Positions 1 to 14,091 of a DNA stretch of 64,000 bases are shown here, piece by piece. A program made the position numbers and the translations under genes. Every line of letters begins with the position of its first letter. Within the stretch, counting starts at the first letter, position 1. Under the pieces are notes generated by a model. The model was not told where the DNA came from, did not search any database, and worked only from the letters and a program-made list of their open reading frames with translations. Source of the DNA: Octopus bimaculoides (lineage: Eukaryota); NCBI RefSeq assembly GCF_001194135.2, contig NC_068983.1:27590944-27654943 (forward strand). The letters are read 5' to 3'.

Positions 1-284
1 TGCCAGTAAGCTTGAAGAGAGACGCTAGATGATTATTTGACTGGTACTTTTATTTATCTAGCACGAAAGGATGAAAGACAAAATTAACCTCGGCAGTATT
101 TGGGCCCAGGTCATTTGTTCTTGTGAGTGGGTGCCAATGTTTATGCATGTATTTGTGCACATTTATTTATCCTGTTTCACGTATGACTGTGTGGTTTTTA
201 TTTTATTTTATTCATTGGTATACGTTTGTGTATGTATATGTGTATGCGTTTCTGCTTTTGTTGACTCCACTACTTAAGCTTCTG

Positions 285-393
285 TTTTCTTCGTAAAAGA
301 AAATAGGAAATGTTTTTCTGATTCCTTTGTAAAAGAAGACAGGAACTGTTTGTCTGATTTCTTCGTAAAATAAGATGGGAATTGTTTGTCTGA
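285..393. repeat. 36-bp minisatellite, 3 diverged copies
   Basis: Units ttcttcgtaaaagaaaataggaaatgtttttctga / ttcctttgtaaaagaagacaggaactgtttgtctga / tttcttcgtaaaataagatgggaattgtttgtctga. Confidence 0.85.
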
Positions 394-2610
394 TGAATAT
401 TTAATAAATTTAGAAACTTATCAATTTTTTCTCTACGCAAGATAAAGAAAAACTTTGGTACGACAACATTATGTTGTTTACTCAGTGAGCTAAACGGTAT
501 ATATTTCAAATTATCAAACAATGATATATTGTGCATTATTAATTAATTCATTAGCTGACTACGCTACCATCAGATGTATTGTCATGCAAAAAGGTCAAAT
601 CATTTTAGATATATCCAACTTTATGTCGTAGAAAACTAAAATTAATAATCTCTCTTAGAGTAGAATATGACTAAATTTTCTCAAACAGAAATAGGATATG
701 GAGAGAGTCCTCTTTTCACGCTCACGAACATTTAAAATCTGCAGTGTAATATCCTTGTTCGTTTTCAAAGAGACAATAACTATACTTATCAAAAATGCTT
801 TGCATTACATTTCTAAATATCCAGAACAGTATGTGCAACATTGTTTAGAGTTTAATCTGTAGATTAATTATTTAATGAGTTTCGGCACATGTACTGTTAT
901 GCATATTAGACAGACCAGTCAATGGAGATATTTATAGTTTTAAATCCTTACCTTAGACTGGTGAATATAAATTATTATCCACCAAATTAAATGACGTTAC
1001 GATATTATTGGGTACCTATCGCCTGAGCTCTAGTTTGTCATTGTTGATAAAATAAGTTCAAGTAATATTCAAGTACAATCTAAGCTGCAATTTTAAACTA
1101 TTCTGTCGATGTAAGGAATTAAAACTATTGCCGCAGAACACTACTAGGCGTGGATAGCTATGGATTAAGACCACTAAATACATTCTTTTAATTTCAGATA
1201 TATCAGTAATATAGTTTGAAAGAGTATGAAGTTCACAATACTACGCTTGTGAATAAGTTTTCTTTTACAAGATGCGATCTTCTTGCCATACGGTACCACA
1301 TATTTCTGATTTATGATAAATTACTAATATAATTGCCAACAAGTAATTCAATAATGTTTTTTAATTATCACAACGATTATCATCGTCGTCATCGTCGTAG
1401 CCACCATTATTGTTATCGTCATCATCATCATTATCATCATCTTCGCAACCGGTTATAAATATATTATTAGTAATTCTCGTGCTGTGAAATACTGCACTTG
1501 TACTACATAATACAACTATTTTCAAAGAATTAACAATGAAGAAAATTAATTATGTACATTATTGGTCTCTCTCCAAAACAGATAATTTCCATGTGATAAT
1601 TATTCGTTTTGAAATTTATTCAAAACTTAATTCGATTTAGAGATACAAAAATGCAAATATACATAACTAGCAAGATAGTTGCATATATGCATATACATAT
1701 ATATACGTATATGTATGTGTATATGTATGTGTGTATGTGTGTGTGTGCGCATGTCAGTGCGTACGTGTGTGCGTGCGTACGTGTGTGCGTGCGCACACAA
1801 ATACATATATTTCTGGTCAGGAAGACGTAATATTTATTTTGCTTTTAGTCAGTGTGAAAATTTATTACCCGTGACATTTTTAGAAGACCTGCGATACTGC
1901 TGGCAATGAAGATGTCAATGTTCTCAAACATGGAGAAAGAGCGAATACTTCTAACTGTTAAATCCATTAAAAGTGTACTTAAGGTGGTGATACTGCTAAA
2001 CCGGGCTACGGATTAGGGTCGACCACGCAAGCAGACCAGAGAAATATCTGAACTCAGAATGCAGAGAGCCAGTATATTTCATTACATATGTACAACGATT
2101 TTAAAGGTCCACTAGACCACTATCTTGAAATGATATTTGTTTCTTACTGATCTCCAACGAGTGGAAGCTAATTTGACCTCAGCGAGAAATTAATCCATCG
2201 AGATTTGAACTCAGAACCCAGTAATTCCGAACAAATATTAGGAGTCATTTTATCCGATGTTTTAAGAACTATTCTAATTTACCACCTTGTGATATATACG
2301 TAACAAAATCTTGAACAATGCTAAAATATGATTTTTGCAACAGCAAACCTACTGAGATTTTGTTTAATTAATTATTGTATAATATATGGCATACCTAGTT
2401 TGATACAATAAATTTTAGCATCACTGTAAAAAAATATGTCAAACATTTAGAGTAATCAGATTTTTATCTATCTGTGTCAAAAAAAAAAGAACCGCTGTGA
2501 CTATTTTTTAGTCTTTGTGTTATTACGGCAGAGAAAGGTGACCATCATTCTCACTGGAGAGATTAGTTTATAGGCATTTATAGAGCAAAGAAGAAACATC
2601 TATACCACAG

Positions 2611-2840
2611 TTTACTCTTTTACTCTTTCACTGATTTCAATAATTAGACTGTGGCCGTGCTAGAGCACCGCCTTTAGTCAAACAAATCGACTCCAGGACT
2701 TATTATTTACACACCAACATCGGTTGTCAAGCGATGGTGAGGGAGACAAACACAGACACAAATACATACACACACATATATATACATACGACGGGCTTCT
2801 TTCATCTTGCGTCTACCAAATCCATTTACATGGCTTTGGG
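2611..2840 (-). mobile_element. SINE family B (microsatellite-containing), internally deleted copy
   Basis: Shares tactctttc...gagcaccgcctttagtcaa...aatcgactccaggact and catcggttgtcaagcgatg...gacaaacacagacac...gacgggcttctttca with the copies at 16070 and 46251. Confidence 0.85.
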
Positions 2841-2844
2841 CCAG

Positions 2845-2962
2845 GCTTAGGACTCAATCCCAGTATGTGGCATATTGTGCAAATGCTTTCTATTGTAGCC
2901 CTGGACCGACTAATGTCTTGTGAGTGAATATGATAGAGGCAGACATTCTGTGGAAGTCCATT

Positions 2963-2965
<3 letters not shown>
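2845..2965 (+). mobile_element. SINE family B 5' head, diverged
   Basis: ggactcaatcccagtatgtggcatattgtgcaaatg...gaccgactaatgtcttgtgagtg aligns with the head at 33026; followed by (TA)n. Confidence 0.65.
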
Positions 2966-3026
<61 letters not shown>

Positions 3027-3980
3027 AATGGTGGACTGTGTCTAAAGATATTGGTTGGCAGGAGACTAAGGGGACCTACCCGCAACTACCATGATATCAT
3101 TTAATTCCTTTTGTTTTGTTCTTTTGTTAAAAGTATTTTTTTCAACTATCTATAAACAGCCAGGAGTGAACAAAAAATTCTCAAATTTGACGGATGGGAA
3201 CTTTAGATACTAACATGGGCTTCCATATATGAATTCTAATGTCACAAGCTGGTAAACTGGCCAGTGTATATATATAGTGAGAATTTACAGAAAAACAAAA
3301 GACGTGCGTGTCTTTATGAATATGTGCTCGCGCAAGGGTGTGATTGTGTGGTTGAGATTGTATCTGTATATGTGTTCTCCACCCCTTCTTTACATCTGTT
3401 GTTGGATATTTTACGTCTCTATATCTTGGCAGTTTAGAAATGGAGCCGATAGAATAAGTACCACGTTTTAAAATATGTACTGCTGTAGAATGACTGAATC
3501 AATTTCGACATCACTATGAAAAATAAACAATGTGCTTCCGCCAGTGTTTTATCCGCCCGTGGACAAATAAGGAGGGATACATTTTGGTATTTCCTAGTCT
3601 TCTTAGATATACATTAGAGAAAGAATATTTGTTATCCATCTCCGAAGAGATTAGTAACTTATGCAGCTAGTCATTTTGTTCAATATTCACATCAGGGCTT
3701 AAACTGTTTGTTAAAATGTACAAAATTTACGAAACAATCGTATGAAACGTATGAATGTTTCATAAAACAAATTCTATTTAAATATGCTCAATGGTGTAAT
3801 ACATCGAAATTCTAGGCTTCAAACAAACCATATCAAACACATGTACACGCACACACAAACACTCACACACACAAGCATATATACGTATGTATGTATGTAT
3901 ATATGTGTCAAGCCCATTTGCGTTTATCTGCATCACAACCCCTCCCTCTTCCTCCTTTTCTCTCTATATGTGAATGTGTG

Positions 3981-4016
<36 letters not shown>

Positions 4017-5579
4017 NNNNNNNNNNNNNNNNNNNNNNNNNNNNNNNNNNNNNNNNNNNNNNNNNNNNNNNNNNNNNNNNNNNNNNNNNNNNNNNNNNNN
4101 NNNNNNNNNNNNNNNNNNNNNNNNNNNNNNNNNNNNNNNNNNNNNNNNNNNNNNNNNNNNNNNNNNNNNNNNNNNNNNNNNNNNNNNNNNNNNNNNNNNN
4201 NNNNNNNNNNNNNNNNNNNNNNNNNNNNNNNNNNNNNNNNNNNNNNNNNNNNNNNNNNNNNNNNNNNNNNNNNNNNNNNNNNNNNNNNNNNNNNNNNNNN
4301 NNNNNNNNNNNNNNNNNNNNNNNNNNNNNNNNNNNNNNNNNNNNNNNNNNNNNNNNNNNNNNNNNNNNNNNNNNNNNNNNNNATATATATATATATACAT
4401 ATACTTATATAAACGCATTTAATTCAAACATTAGCTACACAGCCAACACATTGGCCACATGCCAGTATGGGTTTGAGAACAATGCAACGCTTTTTGTTGC
4501 TGTTTAAAACTAGGACATCTCCAACAAAGCAAATCTATCTTCAAAAGCGTTTCTGGTCCTGCTCGTTGCATTGTATTTCCATACATCGTTTACGGTTTGC
4601 TATATGACCCATCCTTTGAAAAATTATAGTGTGGTTTGGAGTACAATTTGTTACTATTTCTAACCAGTCAATCTTTACAAAAGAACCTCACTGGTACATG
4701 TTTGTTGTAATTAGTGTGATAGAAATGGAAGTTTGTCACGGAAGTTCATCATTTGTAACTAAACATTGTAAACGGAATTAGTTTGGCACTGTATTTACTC
4801 AAATATAGATTGGTTTGGGTATATAACGACCCGAACTGACCTACATTAAATCAATGGATGTGCAATAAGTAACTAAACAACATACATGAAGTAATTACAG
4901 TCGATATTAGCTTAGGATAAGCTGCGATAAGGATAGATGTCCACTTCAAATAAGAAGATGGGTCTGTTGTTGTTCTTGTTGTTGTTTTTATTGTTATTGG
5001 TTCTGTTGTTCTTTTTGTTGTTGTTGTTGTTGTTGTTTAGACCTAAGCCAGAAGACAATTATGTTGAATGACAAACGAACTGTTCTCATCCAGCTGTGCT
5101 CACGCGTGTGTTTGAATATGTGTGCGCGTATTGTGTGCAATATGCTATATATTTCTGTGAATGGCATCTATTTTCAAAACGGTTATATGTCACAGAATGG
5201 GATCTGGCTGTTATTTCTAACAGCTTGAGTGACTACAAAATACATTCCTCCAATAAGTTAATGTAAACCATACATTTTCTGGAGACTTGTGTATTCAAGC
5301 TTGCATTAAGACTTACCAGCCTACAATGATTCTGTTTATTTTTTTTTATATTTCTCTATTAATATTATTGTCATGGCTTAATAAGATTTTTGTAATAACT
5401 CCGGGTACACCATAAAAAATTCCTAGTGATAATTCCCCTCCTGGATTTCCTCTAACTACTATTAATTGTTGCCATTTATTTTTTAATTTAGCAATACAAG
5501 TATCATGCAACTCAGGCTGTACTATCAACTGATCATTAGTTATAATCCCGAATGCATACTGTCGTATGTTATATTTGGT

Positions 5580-5962
5580 GGAGGCGCAATGGCCCAGTGG
5601 TTAAGGCAACGGACTCACGGTCATAGGATCGCGGTTTCGATTCCCAGACAGGGTGTTGTGAGTGTTTATTGAGCGAAAACAGCTAAAGCTCCACAAGGCT
5701 CCGGCAGGGGATGGTGGCGAACCCTGCTGTACACTTTCACCACAGCTTTCTTTCACACTTCCTTCCTGTTTCTGTTGTACCTGTATTTCAAAGGTCAAGC
5801 CTTGTCACATTCTGTGTCACGCTGAATCTCCCCGAGAACTACGTTAAGGGTACACGTGTCTGTGTTGTGCTCAGCCACTTGTACGTTAATTTCATGAGCA
5901 GGCTGTTCCGTTGATCGGATTAACTGGAACCCTCATCGTCGTAACCGACGGAGTGCCAGCAC
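5580..5962 (+). mobile_element. tRNA-derived SINE family A, full length
   Basis: Pol III A-box TGGCCCAGTGG and B-box-like GGTTTCGATTCC. Body matches the copies at 10344 and 14981. TSD ATTTGGT at 5573-5579 and 5963-5969. Confidence 0.92.
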
Positions 5963-6960
5963 ATTTGGTAATAAACTTTTGAACGTTTCATCTATTTGCT
6001 TATTTTGAAATAATTTCAATAAGGAGAAATAGAAGGACGAGTGTAATGATAAACTAGAGCTCAGATGAATTGAAAGCTGAAGATTGTTTCTAATTTTTGG
6101 CTTGTGCAAAGTTAGAATTGAGCTTTTACGTTTATTTTTCTGTATCTACCAACGAACATGTAAAAAATATGTAAACGTGGGCTCCCTCTTCGATTACAGT
6201 TTTACCCTAATTAAAAAATTATATATATTGTTTGGAAAGAATCTTATAGCCGAACAATTAATTTTTAGCAGTATCAAATTACCCATGCTTACATCGTATT
6301 GAAAACTACGCTATGTAAATTTGACAAAGACCGAAATTAAGCAGCATGATGGATGTTTTGGAAAATAAACGCGAAAGTATGAGACGTTGATCATGTAACT
6401 GGTGTTCGTCTAATTATTTATCTCTTACCAGGAGAAATGTAATAGTGTATAATAAAAATCTACCGGAAATATATCTTCTCTTTAATGTAATATGATCGTT
6501 TTATATGCATAAGATTTGATTACACTCGCTAATTACTTACATAACCCAGTTTCAGAGGAAATTACTAGCTGTATTAATACTAATATTTTGGCAAATATTT
6601 AAACTAACAACTGTCTGTCTAGGCAAATATTGATAGACATCAAATTAGTTAGATACATCATTTTCATTTAACAAACCTCTGCTGTTACTCCACGAAGTAT
6701 TTATTTCAGTGTGATATTAACTATTCATCGATATAGGACAATCAGTTGTGCAATGATCTCGCATATATATTTCTCATGTTATTTAGATATTAAAACTGTG
6801 TTTAAAGAAGTCTTACGAGTCGCTTAATTTTAATTAATGATCTATTATGAATTAGTAACTATAAACGACAATGTTTAAAATTCGATTTATCCCTTATACA
6901 CAACAGCAGCAGCACACATTCTCACATACAGATATGTGTTCGTGTGTGTGTGTGTGTGTG

Positions 6961-6997
<37 letters not shown>

Positions 6998-7272
6998 ACA
7001 TGTGTGTGGTGGTTGTTAGCCCATGTCCTTCTGCACACTCAGCTTCTTTTCCTATTCCTTCTAAGGAATTGCTCAAAAAGTTAGTGTAACCGGGCAAATG
7101 AAAGTTAGTGCAAGGCAAACAAACGGATCATACGTGCTTAGAATACCGCCGGTAGAGTATAAAATTGACAGTAATTTGCTCACATGAGCTAAATTACAAG
7201 TTTCCCTGCAAGTAATGGCACTAGTCTTCTTTATAAGAATTGATCATATCATATATTAATGTATTCGTAATG

Positions 7273-7485
7273 CGAGGGTGTGCTGAAAAGGTCTTGGCTT
7301 TGGATAAATGAAAATACAAAAGGATCAATTAATTATGATTTTATTCAACATATTCCCCTCTCAGATTCACACACTTACTGCAGTTTTGCTTCAGTTTTTC
7401 TAAGCCCTGTAAAGGAATTCGGAATGTTGGGCCTCCAGCCAGGCCTTTCGTGACACCCTTAAAGCCAGGAACTTTTCATCACTCG
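7273..7485 (-). mobile_element. mariner-derived MITE (~213 bp)
   Basis: TIRs cgagggtgtgctgaaaaggtcttggcttt and aaagccaggaacttttcatcactcg followed by TA. The minus strand retains a mariner transposase C-terminus, KCVNLRGEYVE*. Confidence 0.8.
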
Positions 7486-9869
7486 TAGAACTGTGTTTGC
7501 AGTCCCTTACTTTGACACATTGCTAAAATTTGTTGATCAGCTTACCAAGGCCATTGGTGAGCAGTTACATACTAAGGTGCAGATAGCTCATGTTTGACAT
7601 AGTATGAAAGAAGACAGATGCAGACAGAAGGATGTAAATCAGGTCAGATTATATGATTGAATGGATTTGAACACAATATACCCTATATTTACGATCTGGA
7701 CAATAAATGCTGATAACCGATGAGGGCAGGAAACACAGATGAAAAATTGCACACTCTCAATGTTTGTTATAAGTGAAAATCAAAGTGAAGATAACTACAT
7801 TGAAGCAACAATGAAAAATAAAGAAGCCATAGGATAAAATATAATGATATTTAAATACCAGTCATTAATAAACATATTAAAAATATCCCTAGTTTCGATT
7901 TGGATCTTTACTAATAACATCAATGTAGCTTAGTGGTCTCCGTCGTCTATGAGGGTACTGAAGTGTACACAACATAACATTCTCCAAAGCTTGCTGTTTT
8001 GTACGATAGCAGTGACATTCAAATCCGCCATCGCGTTGGGTAAGATAGCACAGATCACAGGAATTTGTCCGTTATTCTCCTGTTTTTGGTCTTATACTCA
8101 TGTCATGCGATGCTATGGGCGGTTATACAAAGACAGCCACAAATACCATAGTGCACTTTTTGTCGCCATACAAAAGAATGCTCTCTCCATATACCCTGTT
8201 GGAAGAAAACTAAATTCATTTACTTTGAACTGCTTGACTGCCAGATGTTTTGAAGCATTTCTTTATTGTAAGAAACCTAGGAATTTAGGTACAGGAGATT
8301 CGAGGCTTACTTGCATTTTCTACGAGGTATGAAAGAAATTAGCAACAGGCTTTCTTTCATGGTAACTAGAATTTAGAAATGGAAATATAAATTTAGAATA
8401 GATTAATAGATATTTCGAGAAGCTTTCTATCATAGTTGTAAGTCTGATTTTTGCCAGAATCATAAATATTCATGATCAGGGGCTAAAAAATAAGCAAAAC
8501 ACAATTTGCTGGAAAGTTTACAACATGTTATTTCTCATACGTATCCACTATTTATACAGCTTGCTAGATTAAAACATGGTGTAAGTTTCTTGCATGTATT
8601 TTCACTTCGCTTAAGCAGATAATGCTCATGGCAAAAGAATGAACGCACAACATGCCATTGTCAAAAACACATTAAAAAATATTGCACCTTGTCAAAAGGA
8701 AAGCATTATGTATATCCAGTAGAAATAACTCAACAAAAGCAACAAAAACAAAATCAAGAACAAAAAAAACAGAAGTAACAATACTTTTTTTTTACATGAT
8801 TAAAAAATCAATTGTATAACTGCCGTTTGATGCGAACTTTCAACGAAATAATTAACATTTTACCGCACTTAATTTGACTACATTATGAAATAATTTATGC
8901 TTGGTTGAGTAAATTTTCTGCTGGACAAGCATGAATGCAGTTACCCATATCTCACAGGCTATCAGAAAGAGTTAGAGTAATAAGCACGCTATTTCTATGA
9001 TTATATGTGGTTGGCATTTTCTATCAAGAACGGTGATTGTTTCGGACCATAGGTGATATAACGATTCCTTAACTTGTATGCTCGACATATCAAATTGTTA
9101 ATTAGCTACACAAAACTGATAAAACTTCAGTAGCCTAACGGATATAATTCATAGCAAATTAAGGAATTTTCACTAAACACACATCATACGATTCACCAAG
9201 AATAAAAGCGGTTTAAACAGTTAAAATGAATAGTGGATATCGATTATTTATTGCTAATAACAAAAACAAGCAAATTATTCTGAGGTTCTGATTTCCATTC
9301 TTTATATTTGACCCTATATNNNNNNNNNNNNNNNNNNNNNNNNNNNNNNNNNNNNNNNNNNNNNNNNNNNNNNNNNNNNNNNNNNNNNNNNNNNNNNNNN
9401 NNNNNNNNNNNNNNNNNNNNNNNNNNNNNNNNNNNNNNNNNNNNNNNNNNNNNNNNNNNNNNNNNNNNNNNNNNNNNNNNNNNNNNNNNNNNNNNNNNNN
9501 NNNNNNNNNNNNNNNNNNNNNNNNNNNNNNNNNNNNNNNNNNNNNNNNNNNNNNNNNNATATATATATATATATATATATATAATTACTAAAATTCAGCG
9601 GTGTAATTATGTTCTATTTTCTTGACATTATCTCTGCGCTGGAACAGAGCCAGTAAACCAAGAAAATATAATCGTTTTATTAATGACCAGGATGGCGTGT
9701 AAATATACTTACATTCATATGTGTGTGTGTGTGTGTGTCTGTGTTTATATGTTGATTTACATACACACTCCCAGAATCACACATACACACACATATGTGT
9801 GTGTGTATGTAGTTTTGCATGTATGTATGTATACAGATAAGCACATAAACAAAAGACGGAAAGACAGAC

Positions 9870-10005
9870 AATCGTACAGCATTTCGTCCATCTTTACGTT
9901 CTCTGTTCAAATGCAGCCAAGTTCGACTTTATCTTTCATCCTTTCGGAGTCGTTAAAATGAGTACCAGTTGAGCACTTTCTGGCCTTGTGCCGAAATTTG
10001 AAACC
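9870..10005 (+). mobile_element. SINE family C fragment
   Basis: catttcgtccatctttacgttc...ttcgactttatctttcatcctttcggagtcgttaaaatgagtaccagttg, the family C core. Confidence 0.8.
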
Positions 10006-10343
10006 GATATTTCGGTGTTTTCTCTCTCAATATGAGTAACATAAATTATTTAGATAACGATTTAATCTTTTTATTAATTATGTAATCTTAATTAGATTCA
10101 ATTTTTTGACTCTCCAAATTAAGTGTGTTTGCTTCTCATTTACTATAATTTTTTTATGTATAAATATTGATCTTGTGAATTAAACAAAAATGAAATCAAA
10201 TCGGACAAACATTCACAAAAATAACTAATTCATTAAGGACGTAAATAACATAAAGATATTCTTGCTCTTTATGTGATCAGTGTTTTGATGTACAACTAAC
10301 CCGTGTCTATAAATAACGTTAGATTCGAAAGGTGTAGATAGGT

Positions 10344-10720
10344 TGGCACTCCGTCGCTTACGACGTCGAGGGTTCCAGTTGATCCGATCAACGGAACGGC
10401 CTGCTTGTGAAATTAACGTGCAAGTGGCTGAGCACTCCACAGGCACGTGTACCCTTAACGTAGTTCTCGGGGATATTCAGCGTGACACAGTGTGACGAGG
10501 CTGACCCTTTGAATTACAGGCACAACAGTAACAGGAAGTAAGAGAGAGAAAGAGTTGTGGTGGAAGAGTACAGCAGGGCTCGCCACCATCCTCATGCCGG
10601 AGCCTCGTGGAGCTTTAGCTCTTTTCGCTCAATAAACACTCACAACGCCCGGTCTGGGAATCGAAACCGCGATCCTATGACCGCGAGTCCGCTGCCCATC
10701 CACTGGGCCATTGCGCCTCC
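10344..10720 (-). mobile_element. tRNA-derived SINE family A, full length
   Basis: Reverse-complement match to 5580-5962. TSD GAAAGGTGTA at 10327-10336 and 10725-10734. Confidence 0.92.
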
Positions 10721-10919
10721 ACTAGAAAGGTGTATTGTATATTAAACGGCAAAAGACAGAATTCCTTGTTTTGTACATACGTGTGTGAGTATAATGACTA
10801 TGGCATATATTTTCATGTAAGGTATTTTATCACAAATATAAAACTAGCTCATCAAGATATTACACTGTAAACAGAGCTGGGCTCGTTTGTCTAATAATCT
10901 TGTTTTACTGTGCGTATGC

Positions 10920-11118
10920 AGTCTGAAATTTTGGTGGGCGGGAGCGGAGGGAAGTTAATTACATCGACGCCAGTAGTCAACTGATACTTTATCGACTCCG
11001 AAAAGATTAAAAGCAAATGCAACCTCGACGGAATGTGAACTCAAAATGTAAAAACAGACGAAATGCTGGTCCGTATTTTGTCAGGATTGCCCAAAATTCT
11101 GCGAGCTCGCTGCCTTTG
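10920..11118 (-). mobile_element. SINE family C
   Basis: ttacatcgacgccagtagtcaactgatactttatcgactccgaaaag...gaactcaaaatgtaaaaacagacgaaatg...gcgagctcgctgcctt. Confidence 0.8.
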
Positions 11119-13424
11119 CTTGTTTTATGACATCAAATTAAATGTTTAAAATTATACATTTCAAATGACATAAAATGGTACTTTTAATTAGGATTGTACT
11201 TATTTACCAATAAAGAAAATAGATTAGGTATCCTGGATCAAATGGTTTGTCATGCAAAATTAAATCAACTGGATAACATGTAGCCTCAAATATTGCATCG
11301 ATTGGATATTTTAAATGAGCAAAAGTTTACCATTACTCTGTTTTACATTAAAATCAATATTCAATATTCTAATTTAAAATGTAACTTGGTAGTAATAAAA
11401 TGTAGATAAAGTTATGACATAACAACTGACAATTTTAGACAGTTTTGATTGGTTCCTCATCAGAGAACTTTGTAGTTGATAGTGAGACGATAGAATTCCA
11501 AATTAAATGTCTTTCCTAATAATGAAGTATAATAACAATTTAAGGGAAATTGTATAAAAATGTTACATACCTTTTTCTTTAGGATGTTGGTCTAGCGACA
11601 TGTTTAAGTTATTTAACTTCATATAAAATGATGCCCCCCCCCGCTCCTTACATATATCTATACATTTATATTTTCATAAGTAATGTTAAGATGTAACTTA
11701 ACTTTCTCATTTTGTTACATTTAAGTTCTTGTCATGCAAACAAAGTCGGTGGGTTTCCTGGAAATCTTAGTATGCTTCTCGCAACCACCCGCTAATTCAA
11801 TTTACAGAGCTCTAAAAGAGGGAATCATATCCTTGTTAAATTCTATCTGCATCAGCACTATAAAAACGGTCTAGTGTCTCTTAATTTATAATGCAGATAT
11901 AATCCTCTCTATTGTTAAATGTGGAGCGAGAACTATTACGTTCATAGTTCTGAGATATTAAACAAGACATCATTAATTAAAGATTCAACAGCCAGCAAAA
12001 CATTTCAATCTTATCATTTCATTACATCCTAACAATAATTTTATTTACTGAAAAGAAATATATCTGTGGACAAATGCAAAATGTAATGGACGCACAACGA
12101 AGATGTTCAGTACACCGAAGGTTCTTTGTGTCTGTAACCAAGACGCAAACTGAAGAATAACCCAAGTCCGCCTCCCTAAATGTAGAGTATGACATGGTAG
12201 AATAATTCTAAAAAAAATTGTGACAGTTTGTTAACTTGCCATTTGATTTAGTTTGCACACAGATGAGAAAAACTCAATATTATATATTAAGTATTCCACC
12301 ATTTTGACTGATTAGGCAGAAGGACACTACAAATGTGCTGCAATTGCTATTCAAAATCATCTTCCCACATATTTCTGTCTCGTAGAATTCAATGTACCCA
12401 ATAATTTAAAATTTTAATAGTAATTTACCATTAAGCTGAGAAAACTAATGGTTTCATTTATAAACTGTATATGACTTTACTGAAGCAAAGTGTAGGATGG
12501 TTAATATTTCATAGAAAAATGCTAAAAGTTTAATAATTGCTATAGAGATTGCCTTAATATTCTTTCGTTTCAGGGATATTGCGTTATAAATGTTTAATAA
12601 ATTTCGATTTCATTTTTTTTTTCATTGGATATTTTGATTCCCTTTATATTAAATGAAATTTTGAAGTCTTTTACAATAATGTGTATTAACAAGTCAAATA
12701 TTTTATTAATGAAAATTTAATAACCATTTCATTAAATCATGTCTGGAGAATTTCTAGTTTCTAACAAATGTCTGACATAGAACACTATATACTAACATGC
12801 AATTGTGGATAGGGCTATAAAAATATTGTAAGATATATTCAAAAGATAAAATAAAAATTTAAATTGACTAAATAATTAATCGATCGATAAAAAATAATTC
12901 AGTTCTTTTTTTAAGTTTTCAAATGTATTTTAATGCAAAGCAATAGCAATTGCTCTTACAACATCTACAAAATAAAACTATTCTACAAATTGCACTGAAA
13001 TAATTACTAAAAAAAAATCAAAATCTAGGCTTTCACTTTCAATCCTGATTCAATAAACTAACGATAAAGAAAAGAAGCATACTACTGAAAGTGGAAAACT
13101 AAATATGGAATTCATTCAGACTAAAGGTAAAACTTCAAATTATGCTAAGACATAATTTTTTAGAGATATTTCCATACACACATTATATCAAGTTATCACG
13201 GGTTACAATTTTTTTTTTTTTTTTTTTTTTTGCTATTCAAACAAAAGTAGTGCAAATAATATAGCATTCATGCATCGTCGCGTCACAGTATTAAACAGTA
13301 AAAAATATGAACCAAAAGAATGTTGACAAAGATTATTTAGTCCGCGTCTGTCGTGCATAAACATAGAACACATGACATTTGTGTATTTATGTAGTTGAAA
13401 TATATACTCTTCGTAAATATTGGT

Positions 13425-13785
13425 TTTCAATTTTGACACGTCAGCAGCAATTTCGAAGAGAGTGTAAGTCGTTTCTATCGACCCCAGTTTTTAACTGGTA
13501 CTTATTTTATGGACCTCGAACGAATAAAAGGCAAGTCGACACCGGCGACATTTGAACTCAGAACATAAAGTGGAAAGAAATGCGCTGAACATTTTGTCCG
13601 GCGTGGTTAGCGATTCTGTCAACGCATCGCCTTAAACTGACTCAAAATTTCTACTTCAAATTTTGGCACAACATCAGCAATTTCATGTTAGGCGTTAGTC
13701 GATTACATCTAACCAAATTCACAACTGCTACTTATTTTATCGACCTCGAAAGCATGAAAGGTAAAGTCTACCCCGCCGGCATTAC
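13425..13785 (-). mobile_element. Two adjacent SINE family C copies
   Basis: Two blocks with atcgacc...actggtacttattttat(g/c)gacctcgaa...tgaaagg(c/t)aa(a)gtc at about 13425-13635 and 13650-13785. Confidence 0.8.
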
Positions 13786-14009
13786 TGGCATTAAATATTA
13801 AATATTATAAGACGAGAGGCTATTTCCTCAAAATATTTGAAAAGAATTTAACGAAAATGAACCGGCTTTAAAGGGGTTTGAAAATAGTATGAGATAAAAA
13901 AAAATAACTTCCTTGTTTGCTGTTTGCTTCACCATATATATACATACATACATACATGCATACATACATACATACATAATTATATATGTATGTACATTAT
14001 ATACAAATA

Positions 14010-14061
<52 letters not shown>

Positions 14062-14091
14062 GTGTGGTGTGTGTGTGTGTGTATATATATA

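Noticed and set aside
3784-4507. Long ORFs spanning N-runs (here and at the other gaps)
   Set aside because: Open only because N codons and (TA)n contain no stops; not coding evidence.
5580-5655. tRNA-like sequence (also at 10650-10720, 33026 and 59192)
   Set aside because: These are SINE heads continuing into repeat bodies with TSDs; no complete cloverleaf was evident.
1023-6065. 20-bp inverted match ctgagctctagttt(g/a)tcatt at 1023 and ~6046
   Set aside because: No extension beyond 20 bp; plausible by chance in AT-rich DNA.
7501-8580. Series of small AG/GT-bounded segments and the 127-aa ORF at 7949-8332
   Set aside because: No recognisable product and weak acceptors; such segments are common by chance.
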